DNA from: Catajapyx aquilonaris
Lineage: Eukaryota
Direction of reading: 5' to 3'
Assembly: GCA_000934665.2 (NCBI GenBank)
Contig: JYFJ02000499.1
Span: 62,001 to 126,000 of the forward strand
Length of the DNA stretch: 64,000 nucleotides
Within the stretch, counting starts at the first letter, position 1. The number at the start of each line of letters is the position of its first letter. The translations under genes were made by a program, and so were the position numbers. Under the pieces are notes generated by a model. It saw nothing but the letters and a program-made list of their open reading frames with translations, was not told the DNA's origin and did no database searches. Positions 50,861 through 61,667 of the stretch are shown in pieces.

Positions 50861-53103
50861 GTGAGGCTCACAACTAGTTGGTCCCCCCCAGTGGAATGCT
50901 GGGGATGGGCAGGAAAAACCATTGTTGGGGCAGCGCAGCAGGACAATGAGCAAATGCGCTGTCGCTAGTCGCAGTTGACATGTTCGGGTTAAGGTTCGCT
51001 GTCACGGTTTTGCTTCACAGGTCTTGTCAGGCGATAACAAGTCGAGGGTTGACACAAGAGTGACTTGCAAAGGGAAAGTAGTTGACCACTCATTGCAAGA
51101 AAGGGTGGGAGGAATAGGCTCTGCTTCGTGCTGTTCATTACCAAGGTTGCAGCATAATTATAGAACAAGATTTGTGAGAGGAAATCTCACATAAAAGTTT
51201 TTTTTCCGTAATGATGAGTGTGCAGAACTACGCAGTAGCAGACACAAGATGCAAGGGTGAGTCTGGTCCACAAGTTCAATTTAATGTACGGAACGATCTG
51301 TTTCCATGGACATTCTCACAGAACAATATGAGTAAACGGTGCCAACAAAAAAAAGCAACAATGGAAGAAGCGATGTCGTCAGATCGTTCTGTCGTTTTCC
51401 GTACATTAGTGGCTGTCATTCCCATGGCTGTATATGTCATGCCTTGTTTGCTGCATAGGGTAAACTAAGACTAGCACTATTGCTTTGGTGTAGGCTGTAG
51501 GGCAATTTTATATTAAACACGCCTTTGTCAATAATAGCGAGACATGAAAAATTTCCGTTCTGGAATCTGATGCAAATTATTCCAACCTCGGACGTGTTTC
51601 TGCTGAATCCAGCGTCCATTCTGCGTAGGTTTTGTGAAATCGGCAATGACAATACAACAATAGCTCATGATCCCCAATTTACGCTGGAAGTGTCATGGTT
51701 TTGATTTTCTGGCCGACTCTCAACCACTCTCAAGAGCGTGGCAACTAGTACCTTCTAGTTATATCCGTAATTATTTTTTCTGAGTTTACGCAACATATAG
51801 CCACTGCGCCAGTGAGGCAATAAAAGATGTAATCAGGAGTTGCATATTGCATAGTTCTGCTGATCCACAAGAGGGTTAAAACGCAAGCTGCAGTGGTGCA
51901 ATTGGTCATGAAAACAGTTTGAGAACTTGTTTGAAAAGTCACATGTGATGAAAGCTCACTCTGGGGGAGAAACCTGATGGGTGGCCTTGAATATTCTGAA
52001 AATTGACTCACAAAATAAGGGCACTCTGACAATGGTGTGATGAATTGGGGCACAATTGAAGCCAGGCATTGTGGGAAGCTTGAAAGAAAATAATTTTAAA
52101 AATCTCTCTCATGTTATATCAAGGCCACCTGTTTACTTTCGGTGCAAACAGGTGAACACTGACACTCTTACGGCATATCCACTTGGATGCTGGAAGTGAA
52201 GAAGACCTAGCCGTCACAAAATTGTCTATTGATTTGGCAAAATAATGGGCCGTTTTTATGATTCCGGTTGTATCTAGTAATAGAATTACTTCGTTGACGT
52301 TATTACTTTATTTTCTCACGGAGCTTTCAACTTGAAGTGGACCCAAATGAAGTCTCAGTTGGGTTTGCAATGTGAGTGCTTTTTCCTGGCTGAAAGTGTC
52401 AGCTTCGTAGTACTCACAATGGTTACTGTACAATTTAACACAAGCTTAAACCACGGAATATATGAGCCCAACACATGAACAATTTACCCTACACATTGGG
52501 TAGGGCACTAGGCTGCTAGAAAAGACGTCTTATATCATGAAGACACCTTCAATGGTTGTTTTGAAAATATTTTAAAACATGTTTTATCTTGACCAACATT
52601 CGCAAATGAAGCATCCATATTGCAGCCTAAAGTGTTAATTGTTTTTAAAAACAGATTTGCATGACAATACAGACAGTTCTTTTCTGAAAACAAGTGGACC
52701 ATACATTGGCATTTTAAAAAATATATATTTTTTTGTAGAAACGCTTGTTTAAAGCCCATGAAGAGGAAGTAGTTGGTTACGCCCAAAATAATTATAGGAG
52801 TGGTGATCATGAATCTGTCGGCTACAACTGTTTAAAATTATTCATTTGAACTACCTTGAGGCTTATGCTTTACTTTGCATAGTCTCTGGTTGCTATTGAG
52901 TTGCCAATGTTGGAATCAGATAATTTTGTGTAGCTGTAGTGTTCACCTTGGTGTGAGCGGAAAGTATGTATTGATGCCTGGAGTGACCTTGACAGAATAA
53001 TAAATTGTAATTGTATTGATTGGGCTATGCTTACAATATAGCAACTGGTTTATTACAGCAATATTATGAGCTGAGTCTTTTGGAACCTGCTGGGTTTGAG
53101 TTA

Positions 53104-53279
53104 CAGTGAAACCTCAATTCATGGTTTTTGTTAGGACCCCATGGAAAAAACTAATCAATTAAGGAAAAATGATAATTGAGGGACACTATAGTAAGTAGAA
53201 TTTGTTCTGGGACCTGAGGAATTGAACAATTGATCTAGGAAAACTATACATATAGGGATGATAGATTCAGGTTTCACTG
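53104..53279. mobile_element. Tc1/mariner-pogo-type MITE
   Basis: TA|CAGTGAAACCT...AGGTTTCACTG|TG: 11-bp perfect TIRs starting CAGT; left TA target site, right site TG. Confidence 0.7.
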
Positions 53280-53380
53280 TGATATTTTCATTTCACTATT
53301 TGATGATATCAAATTGTAATTATTATTTTATGATGTTTACATTTGTTCACTTTTTGCATTTCAGGCCAAATACTGCCGAA

Positions 53381-53602
53381 ATGGAGGCAAAGGTGGAATC
53401 AATCCTGGACCGTGCAGAGGTCCCGGAGTCAGTCTTGCAAGATCTACCCGAACTGACTTCACAGGATGTCAACGCAGAGATGGTGGATGATGGGGACTTG
53501 TCCGACTTTGACATGGATTTTAAACAAGAGGACACTGATGCAGACAAGAAGGGAAGCGAGGAAAGTGAAGTGATCTCATCTGAGGGGGAGGAAGAGGAGG
53601 AA

Positions 53603-53633
<31 letters not shown>

Positions 53634-54736
53634 TAGAGGAGGTAGAGGAGGCAGAGGAGGCAATAGAGGATGAGCCACCAGACAAGAAGGAATGGCCAGA
53701 AGAGAAGGATGTTGTAGAAAAGAAGGATGTACCAGAATTGAAGGATGTCCCAGAAAAGAAGGAGATACCAGACAATCTCCGAAAAACATTGAAGGGTAAG
53801 CGGAGTGTCGAGGTAACAACTGTAGAAGACGCAAAGAAGCGGAAGGTTGAAGCAGAGGTTTTGTCTGATAAAGAAGAGGAAAAAGATGATGAGAAGCCAG
53901 TCCTCTCAATTATTCCGTTGAACAAACCAAAGGAGGAGAAGAAGGAGAAGGAGAAAGAAAAGGAAAAGGAAAAGGACAAAGAAAAAGACAAGGAAAAAGA
54001 AAAGGAGAAAGAGGAGTCAGATGGTAATGAATCTGAGACTGAAAAGGCGAAAAAGTCAGCCAAGAAGAATCTGAGGCGTAACATTCGTGAAATATTCTCC
54101 GAGGACAAACTCGATGCACAGACACTGGCTGCACAGCGTGAGGAGCAGCAGCGTTTGGCACGTGTTCAAGAGCAGCAGCAGTTGATAAAGCAGGTGCTGC
54201 AGAAGTTTAAGTCTCGTGGGATTTCCATCTCCATCGCAAGTTCAGCACAGGGGCAGACAACAATGACACCAACTCCATCAATGGCGCAACCTTCTACGTC
54301 GAGCACAACAATGGCACATTTTCCTTCGATCCCTGGTCTGTCACAGATGCTGCAGAAATACAAGCCAGATTCAGATTCAGACAGCTCAGAGTCTGATTCT
54401 GACTCGGATGTTGTCCTAATATCAAGTGGAGATGAAGATGACAGCCCATCAATCAAAACTGAACAAAAACCAATGTTACTAGGAGATCAGATCAAGAAGG
54501 AGATGTCAAGCAGTGAGGACGACGACGATGAAGACGACGACGACTGTGTCATGATATCTGAGAGTAGTGGTGAGGAGAATATAGAGGACGACCCCACCAA
54601 TTCTGGAATGCACGTGAATGATACGTACAACACTCCTGATGAGCAGGGACGAGTATTAGTCAACATGGGGCACCCACCGTGTGACCAGGACATTTACCTT
54701 TGTGAGCAGATGGCCAGGGCAGTTAAGCCTCATCAG
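53381..54736 (+). CDS. RAD54L2: RAD54L2 exon: acidic/charged N-terminal region
   Basis: Acceptor at 53364, ATG at 53381, ends VKPHQ|GTGAGT. Confidence 0.88.
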
Positions 54737-57700
54737 GTGAGTAGCTTTGTCAGGGGATAGCTGTTTACACTTGAACACATTTACTGTCAGGCAAGTAAGC
54801 ATTTTGTCTCCATTTAGATTGGTGGGATCCGTTTCCTGTATGACAACGTTGTGGAATCCTTGGACCGGTTTAATGTGTCAAGTGGATTTGGCTGCATCTT
54901 GGCTCACTCTATGGGGCTCGGGAAGACCCTGCAGGTGGTAGCCTTGTGCGAGACCTTCCTGACTTACACCCAGGCCCGCACGGTCCTGTGCATTGTCCCT
55001 ATCAACACCCTGCAGAACTGGGTTGCCGAGTTCAATCACTGGCTACCACGTGATCCTGCGACCAGTCCTTTGTCCCAGTATGGAACAGTGAAGCCCAGGC
55101 AGTTCGCCCTCCATGTAATCAACGACTCTCACAAGTCACTAGGTGCAAGAGCCAAGGTTATCAAGGATTGGTACAAGGAAGGTGGTGTTCTGCTTATTGG
55201 GTACGAGTTGTATCGGCAGCTCTGCCTGAAGAGGCCACAGCCAAAGAAGAAAAAAGGTGGGTACATTTTTTGGCTGGTGCCATTGTTGACTGAATTATAA
55301 TTGTTTGTTCCAAATAGGACGCCGTTGCAAGGGTGGCCTGGCAAGCGAGATCATTGATTTGGAGGAAGAGGACCGCAATAAATCCCTGTTTGAAGAGACA
55401 CACCATGCTCTTGTTAGGCCTGGTCCAGACCTGGTGATTTGTGATGAGGGCCACCGCATCAAAAATTCGCATGCCTCAATCTCGCAGGCCCTGAAGAATG
55501 TGAGGACGAAGCGGAGAGTGGTCCTGACTGGGTACCCCCTTCAGAACAACCTGCTCGAGTACTGGTGCATGGTTGACTTTGTGAGGCCCAACTATTTGGG
55601 GACCAAGACTGAGTTCTGCAACATGTTTGAACGGCCAATCCAAAATGGGCAGTGTGTGGACAGCACACCAAAGGACATTAAGCTCATGCGCTACAGAGCG
55701 CATGTGCTGCACTCGCTCCTTGAGGGATTTGTGCAGAGGTAATATTATTTGTCTACTCACGTATGATGATGAAATGCGGATCTGATCAGAAAGGCATAAG
55801 TGGCTATTGGAGATGTTATTTGCGGGTTGTGTGTGGCATTAAGACAGATGAGATTGGGAATGAGGATATGTTGCCGAGGTGTACTGTTAGTAGACTTAAA
55901 TGTGTCTAGTCTAGAGCCTCCGTATGCATCAGTGTTGCTTGTAAATAGTGGTCCATAAGCAGGGTCCTTGTGCTGTGCTAATAACCCTGGCATTTCAAAT
56001 AGCCTACATTGTTAGTAATTAAAGGCTAGCATTAATATTTCTCTCTTTATTTCAGGCGCAGCCACAGTGTGCTTCAGGAATCCCTCCCGAAGAAGGAGGA
56101 ATATGTGATCCTGGTTCGCATGACACCATTTCAGCGTAGCTTGTACCGTTCCTTTATGGCGGAGATTGGGCAGACGCAGAGTGTAGCCAATCCTCTAAAA
56201 GCCTTTGCTGTATGCTGCAAGATTTGGAACCATCCTGATGTTCTCTACCATTTTTTGAAGAAGAGGGACAAGAAGGATGAATTTGATCTTGACATTGGAG
56301 AGGACGTCACAGGGGAAGCTAAGAAGAAGGGTGGAACAGGAGCAGGGCCAGGGAGGCCGCCCAAAGTGGTACCAGGAATGGTGGCAAGTTCAGGGCAGCC
56401 GGGTGTGGGATTACCAATGTTGGCACCTCTGTCACTGTCATCGTCGTCATCCTCCTCATCCAACTCGAACTCGACAACTCCAGTGGCCACACCCAGTCCA
56501 GCCATCACAGCAGAGCCAGTCAGCCAGGAGATGGCTGTGGTGCCCACCATCAGGGAAAAGGATGATGCGCTTAACTACGACTGGGTAAGTAATACGCATT
56601 ATTTGATCAGTATCCTGGATTCTCATCATGGTAGTAAAAAATGTGTATGGCTGCTGATGCGAGTTCTTTTTGCATAAGGCTCCACTTCGGAGGAACCTGC
56701 ATGCACCCATTTCCTTCCCATTCCTTGAGGTGACTCCTGAAGCCCTGTTGCTGCCATTCTACTTCTGAACACCTTTGCATGTAAGGGAAGTGAAACCCAT
56801 CCACACCAGATCTTTGATTCAGCTGAGCCTATTCAATTTGGAATTTTTGTTTGGTTCAGGCAGAGGATTTTCTGTGCATTTCTGTTGCACAACCTGTTCA
56901 ATTAGGAGAGTGTTTTGGCAGGTAAGCTGTAGGATGCCTATTTTCCTTAGTCCGCTAATATTTTTGGTGCAAATGGTGCTTGATGGTGCCTACAGAGCAC
57001 GTGAGAAATAGGATTGCATGATAATGTATTTTTTCACCTAGGTGCACTAGTGACAAATCCCTCTTCATCCTGCCATATCCCTTGTAATTATTATGACCTT
57101 CCCACAGGCTACCTAGCAGTAGGTACACAATATTAAGAATATTCAATGTCTTTTTCTTATGTCCATAGGCAACGGCCCTGTTCAAAGGCTACACTCCTGG
57201 CCTGGTGGAAAACTCAGCCAAGATGGAGATATTTATGCACATCCTGGACGAGTCCGTTCTATCTGGGGACAGGCTGCTTGTCTTCAGCCAGTCACTCTTC
57301 ACTCTCAACCTGCTTGAAGACTTTCTCCAGAGGTCAAACTTGCCAGGAAGGAAGGAGAAGTGGGCTCAGAACTTCAATTATTTTAGTAAGATTACATTTA
57401 CAACTATGTATTGCCGCTGCCTTGAGATTAATAAGTGTGTCATACGTAGTCTACTTTATCAATTAAATATTTATGAACCTGGTGGCACAGTGGGATAGTG
57501 GCTACAGCCTTCTGAGGCCCTGAGTTCAATCCCAGAACTACTTTTGCTTGTGAAAAACTTTTGATTATTAGTATTGACATGTATTTGAAAGGGGATTCTA
57601 AAGTGAAGGTCCCACATGGCTAATTGAACAATTTTTTTTCCGCATCCAGGACTGGATGGAAGCACGACAGCCCTTGAGCGTGAGAAGTTGATCTGCGAGT

Positions 57701-60067
57701 TCAACTGCAACCCCAATATCCACCTGTTCCTGATCTCCACCCGTGCTGGAAGCCTTGGAATTAATCTTGTTGGAGCAAATCGTGTGATTGTGTTTGATGC
57801 CAGTTGGAATCCATGCCATGACACACAGGCTGTCTGCCGTGTGTATCGCTATGGACAGACTAAACCTTGCTATGTGTACCGCCTGGTGAGTGACAACTCC
57901 CTGGAGAAGAAGATCTATGATCGGCAGATCAACAAGCAGGGAATGGCCGACAGGGTTGTAGATGAGCTTAACCCAGATGCTCACCTGAGCACCAAGGATG
58001 TTAGCACCTTGATCTGCTTCAATGAGGAGGACCCAGAGGCAAGTGATTCTACTTCATTCGGCAGTATTTCTCAAGCTTTTCTATTGTGGCCGATTGTGGG
58101 GACAGAAGATCAGGTGTCCTGTTTTGATCACCAATCATAATGTCATAAGCTAGTACTTGTATGTGGAATATGGATTTTTGATGAGATTGTGATCAGAGTT
58201 CTCTTGTGGCCCTGGTTTGACCATTTTGTTGTGATTTTTTTTTTCTTCGAGCCGCTACTTTGTATAGTATGCATACAGTGCTGTGTGGTGTGCCTTTGGG
58301 CATAGGAATTTGAATATTCTAAATTTAAATTTTATTGCAGGCGAGGGATCTGTCCGAAAGCAAGGGAAGATATGGTGATCCAATTCTCCAGACTGTGATG
58401 GAGAGGCTTGGAAATACAATGACCAGAGAGCCATTTGAACACGAGTCCCTGCTAATTGATCGCAAAGAAAAGAAGCTGTCTGAAGCAGAGAAGAGGCTAG
58501 CCAAGAGGAGTTACGAGCTGGAGAAGCAGGCCAGCATCAACTACTCACGTAACACGTACTCGGCATACTACCCAAAAGTAGGGGTCACCTCTCAGGCACA
58601 GGTAAACATATCACAGGCATGCGAGTGAAATTCACAGAGTCAAATTTTGGGGTTTTTGAATACGTTGCTTATTGATTTTGTGTTTCACAGGTCCTTCCTG
58701 CAAACCTCCTTGCCAACCTCCGTGCTGGAAAAGGCCGTGGGATGATCAACCCTGCAGCCATGATGATGAAGCCAGTGGCAAGTGTCCGTCCAATGCAGTC
58801 GGAGTATGCCTCCCGGTTTGGTGCAGCTGCTGCCATGCATCACCGTGCAGCAGGTGGTGTGTCACCTCATCACCAGGCAGCTGCAGCTGCCAAGCAGGGG
58901 ATCACCACCCACCAGCTAGTAATCCCAAAGGACGTTGTGATTCCAACAAGCACGAGAGATGGCACCAGTATCACTCTAAAAGCTGGTCAGAAGATATTGG
59001 TGATCAAGACACCGAAGGGAGTTTACTTGAGGTTACAAGACGGCAGGTTGATTGCTGTGAGGATCCCTACTGGTGGAAATGTCGGAATGGATTCTGCAGC
59101 GGTTCAGAAGACAAAGGCAGCTCCTGCAGTGGTACCAGCTCTACCTGCACAACACCACCACACACCTCTACACCAACCATCTCAACACCATCCAACACAA
59201 CAACCGCAAACACAGCACCATGCAACACAACATCACCCGACGCAACATCATTCACCACAGCATCACCCAACGCAACATCATCCAACACCACCGCAGCCTG
59301 TGGTTAAGCCCCCAGAGCCTGCTAAACCAGATCCTCCTGTGATTGCGCTAGACACTGAAGAGGAGAAAAAGAAAAATACAAACTTTTACTATCCGACCAG
59401 CACCTCAGCACCTGTTTCGACTACATCCAGTACATCAACAACAACACCACCATCAGTGTCTGAGACCTGGAACCAGTACTGGAATCCAGCTAACACACCC
59501 GCTACACCCAATCCTCCACCTTCTAACCCAACCAGCAACCCAGTGAACCCAGCACCTGAAGAGCCAGCAACTGTCCCAGTGCCAGAAAATCCTACCCCAC
59601 AGCCAGATCCGTACCCGGACCACTGGCCAGAGCAGCCACCCCCACCGTATTTCTACCAGCCGCCTAATCCAGGCTACTCTGGGTTTTATCCACCTCCACC
59701 AAACCCATACCACCCACCTCCCCCACCTCCGCCTCCACCAAACTCATACCCATACCCGTATTATCCGGGCAACTATGCCACGCCAACTCCGCAAAACCCG
59801 TACAACCCGTACCAGTCGACTGGGTTCTACCCGTACACCCCAGGTTATTCGGCATCCACTTCAAACCGTGGGGCTGCACCAGAGAATCCTTACTTCGGGC
59901 AATCAGGGTACCCCCCTCCAGTGCCACCACCCCCAGTACCGCACCCTCCTCCACCCCCACCCACGCAACCAGCGGGTTATCCAGCGAATTACCCCCACTT
60001 TGCCGGGTCTGGATTTTATGGGGGAGGGATAGTGCAGGAAGTACCAGAAGTGAGCAAATCGACCTGA
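53381..60067 (+). CDS. RAD54L2: Helicase ARIP4 / RAD54-like 2 (SNF2 family), whole gene model; join(53381..54736,54818..55256,55318..55738,56056..56584,57169..57385,57650..58038,58341..58601,58691..60067)
   Basis: Motifs [29 protein letters not shown] (Walker A), [12 protein letters not shown] (DExH), [44 protein letters not shown], plus ARIP4-type [16 protein letters not shown] and [11 protein letters not shown]. Phases are consistent; about 1662 aa. Confidence 0.92.
54818..55256 (+). CDS. RAD54L2: RAD54L2 exon: ATPase lobe 1, Walker A
   Basis: catttag|[10 protein letters not shown]...GLGKT..., donor G|GTGGGT. Confidence 0.95.
55318..55738 (+). CDS. RAD54L2: RAD54L2 exon: DEGH box
   Basis: caaatag|...DEGHRIKN...EGFVQR, donor AG|GTAATA. 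Confidence 0.95.
56056..56584 (+). CDS. RAD54L2: RAD54L2 exon
   Basis: tttcag|[17 protein letters not shown]...[20 protein letters not shown]...NYDW|GTAAGT. Confidence 0.92.
57169..57385 (+). CDS. RAD54L2: RAD54L2 exon: helicase C lobe
   Basis: ccatag|ATALFKGY...ENSAKM...[11 protein letters not shown]...NYF, donor A|GTAAGA. Confidence 0.95.
57478..57540 (+). mobile_element. tRNA-derived SINE head remnant
   Basis: A box TGGCACAGTGG (57483-57493) and B box GAGTTCAATCCC (57522-57533) at tRNA-like spacing; no complete cloverleaf. Confidence 0.55.
57650..58038 (+). CDS. RAD54L2: RAD54L2 exon: helicase C lobe (GC donor)
   Basis: catccag|RLDGST...[11 protein letters not shown]...EEDPE, donor GAG|GCAAGT; an alternative in-frame GT donor lies at 58114. 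Confidence 0.9.
58341..58601 (+). CDS. RAD54L2: RAD54L2 exon
   Basis: ttattgcag|ARDLSE...[33 protein letters not shown]..., donor CAG|GTAAAC. Confidence 0.92.
58691..60067 (+). CDS. RAD54L2: RAD54L2 terminal exon: low-complexity H/Q- and P/Y-rich tail
   Basis: tttcacag|VLPANL...[12 protein letters not shown]...; frame is open to TGA at 60065. Confidence 0.85.
   Translation, partial: VLPANLLANLRAGKGRGMINPAAMMMKPVASVRPMQSEYASRFGAAAAMHHRAAGGVSPHHQAAAAAKQGITTHQLVIPKDVVIPTSTRDGTSITLKAGQKILVIKTPKGVYLRLQDGRLIAVRIPTGGNVGMDSAAVQKTKAAPAVVPALPAQHHHTPLHQPSQHHPTQQPQTQHHATQHHPTQHHSPQHHPTQHHPTPPQPVVKPPEPAKPDPPVIALDTEEEKKKNTNFYYPTSTSAPVSTTSSTSTTTPPSVSETWNQYWNPANTPATPNPPPSNPTSNPVNPAPEEPATVPVPENPTPQPDPYPDHWPEQPPPPYFYQPPNPGYSGFYPPPPNPYHPPPPPPPPPNSYPYPYYPGNYATPTPQNPYNPYQSTGFYPYTPGYSASTSNRGAAPENPYFGQSGYPPPVPPPPVPHPPPPPPTQPAGYPANYPHFAGSGFYGGGIVQEVPEVSKST
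59150..59290 (+). repeat. Coding 15-nt minisatellite (QHHPT-like pentapeptide)
   Basis: CAACAT/CACCATCCAACA-type units translate as [35 protein letters not shown]. Confidence 0.8.
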
Positions 60068-61054
60068 AGAGCGTTTGATATGAAATGCCAAAGACACTTG
60101 CATTTTTTTTGTACCCACCCAATTTTTTGATGTCATGAAGTAGGAGACAAAGCGATATTGATCTCATCCCCGGATTTTTTCTTGCCCAGTAGATCCGTGT
60201 TTCACTTGTGGTTTTTAGATCAGAAGTTTTTGAAGGCGAATTAGTGTATTTCATGTGCATGGTGTACCCCAAAATTTTAATGACGTATTAGAAAAATCCA
60301 CTACTCGTTGCTTGGCTAAATTTGTTTCAGATATGGGAATCTAAATGAAATGCATCGACTGTCTTTAATTAACTCTGGTTTCAACAAAGTGAGGAGTAAT
60401 GGGTTTTCATGTGCGGTTATTTTGGGACACCAAGTGTTGGTGAGATTACGAACACAGTGAAGGCAGACATGTTCATTGTTACTTGTTATTTGCATGAAAT
60501 GACGACATTGCCTGCACACGTTTACCTGATGTGCGGACTGGTGCAATGGTAATTACAATCAGTGGTAGCGATTTGTAGCTTTTTGCAGTTTACACTTTTT
60601 ATTGCAGTGGAAATATTTAGTGTTATACACCACGTGAATCGCCCTGTGAATCCTCAGTTGTAATATTTATAGTTGAAAAGGGTGTCCCGCCCCCCCTTTG
60701 ATGCACCACTCGGAATCAACTTGAAGATTTTATTTCATCGGTGCTGTGAAATTTTCTGTACCGTAGTTTTTGACAAACTTTATTTGTTGAATAATCATGC
60801 AAATTGAACATATTGGTATACTATTGGTGCACGGAAATATGATTCGCCTATTACGTGTACAGTTATGGAATGATGACTCAGTATTTCTATTTACCTCTCC
60901 CACGTGCATGTTGTAGATAGACAAGAAGGCGTTAATGTGTTTTTTAAAACTATTCCAACCAAAGTGTAAACTCCGAATTTACGAGTATTTATTCCATTTA
61001 GTTGTGAAATGTGCGGAAGTACACAATCATGTAGAGCAATGGATATAACATGCG

Positions 61055-61060
61055 AATAAA
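61055..61060 (+). terminator. Candidate poly(A) signal of RAD54L2
   Basis: AATAAA about 1 kb after the stop codon. Confidence 0.45.
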
Positions 61061-61667
61061 GTGGGAGCTTATGCCAATCAGTTCTTTACCTCCAACGTCA
61101 CATACTGGAACAATCTCTCAGGATTTTTCAGACAGCCTCAAACAGTGGAAGTAACAGCTACTCTGGAAGTAATATTGTTACTGGGAAAAGTGCTGCTTAT
61201 TGGGAAAATATTAATCAATATTTGTGCTGATGTGGAAAAAACTCAAAAACCAGAAAGTTGTTACGAAGCAAACTGTTATCAGTAGCAGTGTGCACTGGAC
61301 TAGCTCTACTTATTCCTAGCGCTACGTGATATCCGGCCCTCCCTCATCCGGCTTTCGTCCATGTTCTTTTCTTTCCTCTCTTGGCAGGCTGCAAGCCGCT
61401 CTTCAATACGTGCCGCTCTTCCAGGGCTGGGCAACAGGGACCACCAGGGGGTGACCCACCGTTCTTTCATCTCCTGGTCCTACGTCTGCTGCCCTTTGAT
61501 TCAACCCTAGAGGTAACAGTGATGTTTCCTCATTGACCGACATATCGATGACGTCGTTACAGACTCATTAGAGCTTCACCCTTTGATGACAGGGTATCTT
61601 CTGTGTGAGAACTGAAATACTCATTTGCCTTCCAACCCCAATAATGTTTTCCCCTCCCTCCCTAGCC

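Noticed and set aside
53347..54108. 253-aa Ser/Phe-rich minus-strand ORF
   Set aside because: Antisense shadow of the Glu/Lys-rich RAD54L2 exon.
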